Below, one piece after another: positions 49,471 through 59,934 of a stretch of 64,000 bases of DNA (position 1 is the first letter of the stretch; every line of letters begins with the position of its first letter). Source of the DNA: Eutreptiella sp. 'Long Island Sound 2002'. Lineage: Eukaryota; Protista; Euglenida. Under the pieces are notes generated by a model, which did not search any database, was not told the origin of the DNA, and saw only the letters and a list, made by a program, of their open reading frames with translations. The DNA is taken from positions 3,782,001 to 3,846,000 of the forward strand of contig OZ038378.1 of the NCBI GenBank assembly GCA_964036045.1, read 5' to 3'. The position numbers were made by a program, and so were the translations under genes.

Positions 49471-49659
49471 CCAGCTTCAACTTATCTGGATTCAGCTTCA
49501 AGTGATTGCAAAGGTTTGAAGCTACATAATAGTAGCGAGTGTTTGTGCCTTGAACTGCGACCTTTAGCGGACAGCTCGGTGTGACTACAGTGTGGTGTGG
49601 CAGGAGCGCTCTGGGTACAGACACTTGAAGAACGCTGAATCCAGATAAGTTGAAGCTGG
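49471..49659. repeat. 26-bp perfect inverted repeat (small MITE-like)
   Basis: CCAGCTTCAACTTATCTGGATTCAGC at 49471-96; reverse complement at 49634-59. Confidence 0.8.
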
Positions 49660-50349
49660 TCATTCCCAACATGGCCCTTATGCATTTCCACAGCACAATG
49701 CAAGGGGGAAGGCAGCTCGAGCTGGGCTGCATTTGGAGCATGCAGATAGTAAGTATCTGTTGCCGCTTAGCACTGTGAATTTGATACAGTTGCAGTGTTA
49801 AAAAAAAACCACACCTCGTCTTCTGCAGAAAAAAAGAATGGGACCTGCAAAAACCATTTTCAAAAACAACAGGAGGACAGGGTCAAGATGCTTGGACACA
49901 GGCTTGCACAACAGCATGGAACAGATAGAATGGCAGAGATGAGGTCCCTAGTGCAATGGATGGTCCCATCACTCCGCAGTCCAATCAGTGCAACAGGTGC
50001 AGGTCTCCATTGCTCAGGGAACATGTCTGCACCACATTGGATACCATGAGGCAGGTAGGGGGCTGGGTCTTAATGAGTTACAGAGTCACGCGGCCAGCTG
50101 GGGTTGTGCATGAGGGTAAAACCACCATTGTCTGAGCAGCAGGAACTGCAAATCATAGGCAGTAGTTCAAAGCACAAACACTCGCTATTATTATGTAGCT
50201 TCAGACCTTCGCAATGACCGAAGTGTACAGATCTTTTCACACTACCCTCAGACTGTTGCAGCTGTGAACCATGATTGCCTTGAAATACAGTGCTTCGTGG
50301 CTCGTGCACTTCCTCTGTTGCTCACAGTTCCTGGCTTTTGTGCTGCATA

Positions 50350-50784
50350 ATGCAGGAATTCCCGGCGGAAGCTGAAGACCAAATGAGGGATGTTCGGGAC
50401 CGGGTACAGGACATCACCATGGAATTGCAGGGCGAAGCCAAGGCCACATACCACATCCGCACGTTGGAAGGAGTAGAGCTGGTGGTGGTCTTTGAGCCCC
50501 CAGAGGCGTTTGCGGTGACCTATCCAGACGGATCCGAGGCAGAGTTTGACAGCCTGAATTCGGTGCTGATGAATGCTTCCGCCGGGTATGGCTCTGCATT
50601 TATGGGGGCAATCCATGACAAGTTGAGCAGCCTTTTGCAGGCGGATTTCAATGAAGATGGTGCAGACGGCAGCACGAGCACCCCGCGGGCCTGTGCTGCA
50701 CCGGACCACAGCACTGCTCATGACCCATTGGAGGACGTTTGCACACCTCTGTGCGCACCTCTGTGCGTTCATAAGACTTCGTAG
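50350..50784 (+). CDS. GSKIP/DUF727-like domain protein, 144 aa
   Basis: EAEDQMRDV...YHIRTLEG...FDSLNSVLMNASAGYGSAFMGAIHDKLSSL follows the GSKIP pattern; cacAG acceptor at 50326-27. Confidence 0.7.
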   Translation: MQEFPAEAEDQMRDVRDRVQDITMELQGEAKATYHIRTLEGVELVVVFEPPEAFAVTYPDGSEAEFDSLNSVLMNASAGYGSAFMGAIHDKLSSLLQADFNEDGADGSTSTPRACAAPDHSTAHDPLEDVCTPLCAPLCVHKTS

Positions 50785-51390
50785 ACATTCCGCCGTTGGT
50801 CAAGTGGTCATTTAGTCCCCAATCTCAACCCGGAGGCCCTGAGATTGAGTTGGAGGCGGGCAAACAACGAGCAGCATCAACAAGGTCCGTCTGTCAGTGC
50901 TATGCAGACTGTGGCACAAGGATTGCCATTGCGGGTCCGTTGCCTCCTGCCATAGCCCTGCATTTATGTGGGCTTTTTTTTCCGACAAATTGAGTCTTGT
51001 GATGGAGATCGGCGTGCGCACACTGCAGGTCTGCGCCGCGCCACGCCACAACGCTGCCCATGGCTTCTGTGTGCTCATTTCTTGGGTCTCAGACGCGCCC
51101 AGCTGGACGTTTGGTTGGCAGCAGAGGACATTAGGTTGACCACAGAGCCAACCGGTGCTCTTTGTTGCTGCAATGGGTCAACTGCTCACCTCTCATGGGA
51201 ATCAACTTGTGGGGGATGCCGTGATAGTGATACCAACCGCCAAAGTGTGAACACACTGACCGACAAGCCGCTGGGCCCTGTGGCTTTGTCTGCCGTCGTG
51301 CAAAAGATGTGCTGCAAATTACTGTCTTCCGAGCCTGGCATTCCAGTGTCTTGAAGCTGCGTGGTCAGGTGTTGGCATTTCTAACTAACC

Positions 51391-51837
51391 CACGGGGGGG
51401 GGGGGGGGGGCGACCCCTCGGTTCTGGACGCCAACTACCCCCCCAACTAACTGTTGGCCGGAGGCCCCTTGGGGGAGGGGGGGGGGGGGGGGGGCATTGG
51501 AGGGGGGGTTCAGGGAGGGGCAAATGGGGGGGGGGTATAGGAGGGGCTGGGGGGGGGGGCCTCCGGGAGGGTCGGTTGGGGGGGGGGGGGGTCCAAGTTG
51601 GGTTTGGGGTGTTGGGGGGGGAGGGGGGGGCAACAGGCTCCCCTTACCTCCCCTTGCCCTCCCTCTAACCATACCATCACCATAAACCTAATGGAGCGTC
51701 GAGCGCCTTTGGCGCCCATGGACGCCTGAGGCCGACACCTTTGGCAACTAACTGTTGGCCGAAGGCCCCTGGGGGGGGGGGGGGGGGGGGGCAGGGGTAG
51801 TTGGCGTCCTAGGACCCGCGGAGTCGCCCCCCCAGGG
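51391..51837. mobile_element. 447-bp MITE with 8-bp TSD (same family as 48697-49146)
   Basis: TSD AACTAACC at 51383-90 and 51838-45; TIR C.C.(G)nCGAC...GGACGCCAACTACCCC. Confidence 0.8.
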
Positions 51838-52159
51838 AACTAACCCTCTATTATAATACCCCATTGCCGTATGTGCTTTTGTTTGGATCTGTACACACAA
51901 ATCCACAACCAGTGCTGGAATCCCTGAGCGCAGCTACACAATATGGCACGAAGCGTAATGGAGCATGGGTTGGGCCTGTCTGTGCACCAAGAGATGGATC
52001 CCAATCCACAATGCACTGCAAGCCAGCACCAAGGAGAGAGCAGCACATTGCAGTCGTGTGGATAGGCAATTAAGGCTGGGCGTTGCAGCCTCTTACATTG
52101 CGAGTGATAGTGCCCCCTGTCTGATGCCCTTGTCTGAAATAGACAGGTAAAGCCAGGTA

Positions 52160-53650
52160 CAGTAAACCCCTGCCCCAAAAGTGAGAACCATGTCCAAAAT
52201 AAGAACCACCCCAAAAATACAAACCACCTGGGGGTTTCCACGGAGTATGCCAAAGATAAGAACCATCTTGGACGCTGACAATCAATTTAGGCCAAAGGTG
52301 GCGAACATCACAATTGCATGCCTCTTCTTTTTGTGTACCAGTTACTTACAGAAATAGGAAGTGATGGAAGCTTGGCGCTTTGCAGCTGGCAGGTTGTAGA
52401 CAGGATCAGGCTCAGGCAATGCCTCAGCCCCTGGCAGCCACCATTTGCTGAACACCCTGCTCAACATCAGACATGGCAACCCATCCTTTTGAAGATCTCA
52501 TGTTGCCTGGCATTACCAGAAATGATGGTCAAGCTGTGAGCCTTTGCAAACAATGCGTGCCACAAACACCTGTTTGTCCCTGGCTGACAACCCTTGCCTT
52601 TTAGCTTGGGCTCCACATCTGTGGTAAATATATTTCTGTAATTACCTTTGAACATAAAATTGAAATCTTTGTCGAGATACTGCCCAGCAGATGTTGTTGA
52701 CTCCTTCAAATGTGCAAATATTGTGTTACCTGGTACATTCCTTTTGGCTTTGGTGGTCCAATGCGGCTTTGCTGCATCCCCAATCAGCATGCATCGCACA
52801 CATCGAAGGAATCTGTCCCACTTCACATAAATGAGTGACATCAAATTTTCATCTACAACACCACTGTACTTAAAGTATACGGACACATCAGGGTGGTAAA
52901 AATGCTTTTCCTATTTGAACACATTACCTTCGCCCTTAAAATGATAATGGGTTTTGGCTGTTTTTCAACAGGACTGCCATCCACATTCACAAGCACCAAG
53001 GGAAGGTATGTGAACATCCTTTTTGAATCTGCAGTGGCATTGCTCTCAAATGCAATTGTACCCTCAGTCATCTCATCCTTCGTGACTTTAGTCGATGTAC
53101 AACTTGGATATATGTGTGAAACGAACCAATGCGAGCAATTAATTCCTCTTTTGAAATCTTAATTGATTGTTTTTGTCGCACGAAGGTTGTGCCGCTGGTG
53201 CAAGCCCTTCTCCAATTATGACCAAGCTTGGCAGTGATGCCAATGCGAGCCTTCGCGTCTCGCACCTTTTTTCACACCACAGAGGGGCATATTTTCTTTC
53301 CATTTGAAATTTCCTTCTGCCTCCATTCAACGACCTTATTCTCTAGGGCTTCATGCTGGCATAGCATCCACTACCAGTAAGGGATTTCCTGCTGCGCAAC
53401 GCCTTGTTTTGGCATGGCATTCACTACCAGTAAGGGATTTCCTGCTGCGCAACGCCTTGTTTTGACTGCACCCAAATTTCAATGATGGTGGCCTTCTTTT
53501 TCACATACCCAGACACTTCCTTTTTAGCACCATTCAAATACAGGTTGAAAGCCCGGGCAGTGGCATGGGAGTTTTTACTCTTCTTGTAGTGGAACACAAT
53601 ACGTATTGCAGTATCAAGCTGGGGGGGTGGGGGGGTTGCTGTCCCCAACT
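52160..53650 (-). pseudogene. pogo-like (DDE_1) Tc1/mariner transposase relic with one TIR
   Basis: Minus-strand fragments NSHATARAFNL (HTH-like), KRMFTYL...VDG...PKPIIILRAK, MLIGDAAKPH, TTSAGQYLDKDFNFMFKGNYR; TA|CAGTAAACCCC at 52158-52170; 54-bp tandem duplication at 53357-53463. Confidence 0.7.
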
Positions 53651-56600
53651 TACCGCATTTACCGCAATTTTTCAGTGTTGCCTCTATTCAAAAATTTCAT
53701 TTTCCCCTAGAGGAACTCCTTTCCACTCCCATTGCTATCACTAGGCACATAACCACACAAGTTTGTTATGGCCCCAGTCCCACCCCTGTGCTTTGATGTT
53801 TACCCATTTGCCTGAGCCCCCCAGCTCTTGCCTGCATGTCATTTCTGGCAGTGCGCTTTCTTGTTTTTGTGCGCCTGAAATGTCGTCACCCTCTGGGGAC
53901 AGTGATTCTGGCAAGGGAAAAAAACCGGTGAAGCGTGGCAAAGGACAAGATGGCTGGCTCCGTGGAGCGTTTCTTTTCCTTTTGCAACTATGCTGACACT
54001 GACCAGGCATGCAATGAGTGACAATGCCCGCTGTGTGGCCTTCAAGGGCTCATTATAATGGTGATGTGGAAGTACGTTTGGATTAAGTGAGGCTCCCTGT
54101 TGCTTTGCATTGCTTTTGTTCAGCATACATATCCTGTGCATGTCCACCCAGAACCCAGGAATTAACAGCATCCATCCGTAGACCACCAGGAATCATTACC
54201 ATTCACCCAGAGCCCACCAAGAATTAACAGCAACCATGCAGAGACCCCAGGAAAGAACAGGAAAGAACAGCATCCACGCAGAAACCGCCAGGACCTTGCA
54301 GCAACCATGCAGAGACCATTTTGGAATGTTCCTGAAGACCGCAATTTTTACCGCAATTTTACCGCAATGTTTTCAAGGGGGGGGATCCCCCCCCCCAGTA
54401 TCAAGGTCACTTCATGGGGAATCTCCTCCATTCAAGAAGGCTAGGACAGCCACAACATTGGGCTGTCTTGATGATGTTTTCCAAGCCCTGTTGGTTTCCT
54501 CACCATGCAATAACTCACAGACCGAAAGTATAATACCAGATCCTATGGCAGAACTCCTTCTGCGCCTAGACCAAGAAAACATTGATGGAGATCTTTCCCC
54601 TCCCATTTCTGAGCTTTACTCCTCTAGCGAAGAAAAATTGAAAGTCAATTTTCTGCACACTCTTTTTCAATTTTCTCACACGCTGTTGACTCACGTCACT
54701 CACATCACTGTTTGAGGTGCACGGCAGACTGTGGGCTCCATCTCCACGCGATTTGGGGCACCACATGTGGCCCGCCGCTCATTACTTTATTTTCTGCCTC
54801 TTGCAGTGTAGATCTTGGTAGTAGAGTGGCCTCAGCCCTTGAGCTACGGGCTAGGGACCCCAGTTTGAATCCCAGATTGTCAGCTCGTTCACGTGGTCAA
54901 TGTAGACTGTGTGCCCGTTGGAGCCCTTGCGCTCCCAGCCGGGTGGCAGCTTGTTGGGGGAAAGCACGCTTCATTTTTCATATGGTTTGTGTCCCCGCCT
55001 CCAGGACCCTTTCACTGTTCTGAGAAGGATCATTCAATACTTTCAACCAATCATCTGTCTGCGGACCTTATCGAAATCCCCGGTTGCCTGTGGTAGCATT
55101 TTTCTGTTCCAAATGTTGAAGGTTTAGGCGTGCAAAGCATGCCAAAAACATACCTGGCTGTCTCCGAACCAGAGGCCAGGTTCGATCCACCTTGAAGGCG
55201 TAGGATACGACCCGCGGCAGCAGGCGCCCCATCCCCATCTGGATCCAGTCCATACACCCAGTCAATTTTCATCAAATAGGGCATGAATTTCGTCAAATGA
55301 GCTATTGTGGTTTCCACATCCATTATCAGATGTCTTCACAGCATAGCAGTATCATGCTGGCTGTCACCCCAAGCTGGTAGGTTTGCACCCCGCTGGAGGC
55401 TACGCCCGGCACCATGGGGCACCCGGTCTCTCTTTTGCTTGGCTTGCACCAAGGCCATGTGGACACCCCCACCTGCATGTCTCCCCCCCCCGCTTTTTGG
55501 AAACCACTTCACTGCTGTTCACTGCTGTGGTACGGCTAAATGATTGCCCTGAGTGCCAGCACTGCGCTATGAAGGCAATCCTAGGTATACATGCTTGCTC
55601 TTTGAAGATTTTGAATTGGTTGGCCGAATTTGCAGTCTTTGGCTGCGCACCAAATCAATCTATTCAGTGACCGCTTCGCGGACCGGACGCAATGCGCAAT
55701 GCACATCTTCTGTACTTAAATAGTGGAACACCCCAACCAAGAAGGGGACATGCTGATGCTGACGTTGGACAATTCGATGACTGAAAGTTTCTATGGCGGG
55801 GATATTCAGTCTATCAGAACCGACCATTGATCCCCCATGGGGAACAATATTGTTGGAATTTTTGTTTTGATTTTGGTGGCAAATGTAGGCATTTCTCTAC
55901 GAGTTTTTTGTTTGTTTTTTAGCCTTTTGGTGTTAATGAGGTTAACTGGCGCACCCACGAACTTGTGCTCCAATTAATCCTCGGGTGAAACAGCATTTAG
56001 TGTCGGGAAAGCACTCTGTGAGTCGCCAGCGTTCAGTAAGGGAATGAGGGCAAACTAAGGGCAATGCAAGAGTGGCAGTATGGAGAACCATGGGAAGTGT
56101 GGTTGGGCTTGGTCACTAATAATAGAGGACACGAATAATGTAACCCAGTTTGGAGGGTTCATGTCAACATTCCGTGTGTATTGTGCGGCATACTCATTTT
56201 TACACAATCTTATTTATGGGAGTTGATCAAGCTATCATGCCGTGCATGTCCAGCTTTTCAAGGCGAAGTGTTACAGAGCCTTTTCTGAGTAGATGGGAAC
56301 ACACATCATAACGCATGGCTTCCTTCTCATCATGTGCATCCAACGCCATTGGGAGGGTACTTGACACGGCGCACGCGTGCGCCGCGGCGCAGAGATTTAG
56401 CGGTCTGCCTTGACCAAGCAACTGCAGCTTCTGCCCGGGGGCCCATTGTCTAGGGGTTTTGAGCCTAGTCTGTGATACTCTTGAGTTGAACTGGTGCACT
56501 AAGTTGTTCCATCAAACCGTCCATGCTTTGAGCGCCCGATCGTGCAAGACGAGGCGCTATACAAATGTCGTTTATTGCTCCTTGAAGATCCTGCCCTCAA

Positions 56601-57474
56601 AGCTCAGCCCCGGCGTGTGGTACCCAAGGGTTATCTTTCCGTGTATGTTGTAATTCGTGTAATTCTTTTTTCCATTGTAAATGCGCGTAACAAAAAAACC
56701 GTCAGGTCGTGTAATTTTTTTTTTTTGCTGTAAGTCGTGTAAGCCGGCTTACACGACTTACAGCAAAAAAAAATTACACAACCTGACGGTCTTTTTGTTT
56801 CGCGCATTTACAGCGGAAAAAAAGATACACGACTTACCGCAAAAAAAAAAAATACGCGACGTGACGATTTTTTCCTACACACGTTTACCGCAAAAATAAA
56901 AAAATTACACGGCCTTACCGCAAAGAAGCAATTACCAATTTTACTGAAAATGCATGCATGTAGGCGATGTGCCCACCTGTGGCCATGTAGTGGCTGCTAG
57001 GCCTATGTAGCCCGTGCCATGGGCCTCCGGGCGCCCCAAAATTGTCGTTGTGTAGGCGATTTAGTGGCACCTAAAAAATTTTTCACATTTCGACTTTTTC
57101 CGAAACCCTTCTGTTGCCCCTAGGTTGGGTTTGGGTGATCATTTGGCGACAATACGGGTACTTGGGCGCCCATGGGGACCCACGTAGTGGCCACTGGGCC
57201 CATCTAGCCTGAGCCATGGACCCCCCAAAAGCTTCGAAATTGCTGTTTGTAAGTGGTTCAATGGCATTTGGTGTGTGCACAAACTGCTTAAGCAGTTTTC
57301 CACCCTCTACAGGGCTCCCAAGGGGGCCGGGGCACTACCTGCTTATGCAGTTTTCCAGCCTCGGGAGCTCAAAAATGGAAATTTCCGAAACTGATCTTTT
57401 TGATACCGTGACAATCCAAAATGATCAAATATCCTGTGTAAAGCATGTTTTAGCCCCTCTTTATGTGTTTTTCA

Positions 57475-57742
57475 CCTGTAGGGGAGGACACGGGCGCCTG
57501 AACTCGACTCGGCCCACCTCCCCGCCCCTCTGCCTCTGTGCATAGACCAGTGGACGTTAATCGACGAATGCCCTCTTTATGTGTTTTTCTCGTCCCTCCT
57601 GGCCGCCGTGCAGGCTCAGGCGGGGGGCCTGTAGGGGAGGACACGGGCGCCTGAACTCGACTCGGCCCACCTCCCCGCCCCTCTGCCTCTGTACATAGAC
57701 CAGTGGACATTAATCGACGAATGCCCTCTTTATGTGTTTTTC
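57475..57742. repeat. 115-bp direct repeat pair (period 153 bp)
   Basis: 57475-57589 and 57628-57742, 2 mismatches. Confidence 0.9.
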
Positions 57743-57900
57743 ACCCTATTTGGCTGTCGGGGGGGGGGGCCTCCCCAAGGGCCTGGGGCACAACCTGCTT
57801 ATGTAGTTTACCAGCCTCGGCAGCTCAAAAATGGTTGTTCCTCTCCCCTCTTCGAGGTGCTGATCGTGCTGTGCGGGCCGTTGAAGCGCCCTATGGACCT

Positions 57901-58420
57901 ATGGGGGCCTATGGGGACCTATGGGGGCCTATGGGGACCTATGGGGACCTATGGGGACCTATGGGGACCTATGGGGGCCTGCGGGGACCTATGGGGGCCT
58001 ATGGGGACCTGTGGGGACCTATTGGGGCCTATGGGGACTTGTGGGGACCTATGGGGACCAATGGGGACCTATGGGGACCTATGGGGGCCTATGGGGACCT
58101 ATCAGGGCCTATGGGGACCTATGGGGGCTTGTGGGGACCTATGGGGACCTATGGGGGCTTGTGGGGACCTGTGGGGACCTATGGGGGCTTGTGGGGACCT
58201 ATGGGGACTTCTAGGGGCCTGTAGGGGCCTATGGGGACATATGGGGACCTGTGGGGACCTATGGGGGCCTTTGGGGACCTCTAGGGACATATGGGGACCT
58301 ATGGGGACCTATTGGGGCCTATGGGGACTTGTGGGGACCTATGGGGACCTATGGGGATCTGTGGGGACCTATGGGGACCTATCGGCCCCTATGGGGACCT
58401 ATGGGGACCTATCGGGGCCT
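57901..58420. repeat. 10-bp minisatellite (ATGGGGACCT)n, 52 units in exact register
   Basis: Read directly; variants atgggggcct, gtggggacct, atgggggctt. Confidence 0.97.
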
Positions 58421-59408
58421 ATGGGGTGGGGGGCATCAACTTTTTGCACACCCATTTGGACACCAACCCCCCCCCCCCCCCCTGCAGCAAGCATGACATT
58501 GAACAATGTGGTTATGACCATGCGCCTGTGACACAGGGGCGTATGCGAACCCAGTTTCCGTTGCCTCATGGCCTTTTCCTCCAAGCATCAGATCTATATC
58601 AGACATATCACACATCTTGTTGTATACACTGCAAAAACAACATGCCACATCAGACATCAGACTTTCTACACAATCCTGCCATGGCCCTGTCAGAACTCTT
58701 TTCTTGGGCCTGATTTTGTGTCTAGTGCCAATGACTCCATGTGAAACTATGTTATATTGGCCGAGTCCCAGCTAATTGGTGGCCACGCAGAGTACTATGT
58801 GCTTTGTGGACTCGGCGTCCCATCGTTAAGGTCGCTATGGGGTGCCGTACGGAACCGGCAGCTGTACATATTGCGCATGTATTGCAAAGGTTGCATTTCT
58901 TTCAATTTTTCAATTTTTTTTATAATTTACACGACTTACCGCAAAAAAAAAAAATTACACTCCCTTACCGCAAAAGTAAAAAAATTCAATTTTTTTTTAT
59001 AATTCACACGACTTACAGCAAAAAAAAAAATTACACGCATTTACAGCAAAAAAAAATTACACGACTAGACGGTTTTTTTGTACACGACTTACATTTTTCA
59101 CTATCGTTCCTTAGAGGGCATTTTAGGAGGTGTGTCAAAGCTAGCCCCTTACGGGTAAACACATTGGAAAAGTAGCGCGCGGCGCAGATACTCCCCCATT
59201 GCCTTTGTGCATGTCTTCATGTGTGCCACGCGTCCCTTAATCATACCCAGGGGTCATGCTGATGATGTGTATCAGGATTGATGATACCAATGATGTGTAT
59301 GCTGATGTGCCTCCGGATTGACAAATACTAACGATCAACAGTCTTGCATTATTGTGATTTGTGCATGCCAATGTGATTCAAGATGGACTATACTCCTAAG
59401 CGCATGCA

Positions 59409-59560
59409 GATGTGCATCAGGATTGAAAATGTCAAGGAGTGTATACCACTGTTTATCAGGATTGACAACACCAATGTGTGTGTGCCGATTTGCATCAGGC
59501 TTGATAATACAACTGCTTGTGTGCCGATGTGTGTCAGGCTTGATAATACTACTACCTGGT
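59409..59560. repeat. 39-bp tandem repeat, 4 units (partial units upstream)
   Basis: gatgtgcatcaggMttgaYaaYa...gtgtgcc; gives 13-aa periodicity in ORF 59383-59877. Confidence 0.7.
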
Positions 59561-59894
59561 GTACGGGGACGTGGTCGCTCCCACACACCCAGTCCCCGGA
59601 GATTGATTTCATTTATGTCAGACGCCATGTACCAGGGGTGTATGCCAAGCGTCCAAAGTGTCCATTCAGTGTGTGTCCCAGAACTACACAGTGTGCACTG
59701 TTGGCAGGATTAGATTGTATTGGCAGTCCAGGGGTGTGGTGTGCGGTTCCTAGTGCTGCATGCCAGGGGGTCCTTTTGCTGGTTCATTGTGCCAGCATTG
59801 GGAAGCCAGTTGTTCGGGATGATGGGGGTGCTAGCCTGGAGCTGGGCAACAGACACCAATGCATTCCCATGACGTGATGGCGTGACTGCCACCT

Positions 59895-59913
59895 GGGTGC
59901 CTCATTCCTACAG
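59895..59913 (+). promoter_or_regulatory. Putative trans-splice acceptor upstream of the b5-Moco gene
   Basis: cctcattcctacAG, 21 nt before ATG 59935; nearly identical to the ctcattccacAG acceptor at 7233-7244. Confidence 0.55.
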
Positions 59914-59934
59914 GTCGCTTTTGCTCACCATTGC

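Larger units (their letters stand above)
56641..59101. mobile_element. Mutator-like element (same family as 32862-33209) expanded to 2.46 kb by internal cargo
   Basis: TSD TATCTTTCC (56632-40) / TATCGTTCC (59102-10); ends GTGTATGTTG / CTTACATTTTTCAC; ttaccgcaaaaaaa subterminal arrays at both ends. Confidence 0.75.

Noticed and set aside
57475-57745. TRIM/LTR interpretation of the 115-bp direct repeats
   Set aside because: No TSD, PBS or PPT; an overlapping 22-bp repeat points to local duplication.
57703-58713. Long GPMGTYGDLW-repeat ORFs
   Set aside because: Translation artefacts of a stop-free 10-bp minisatellite, open in several frames.
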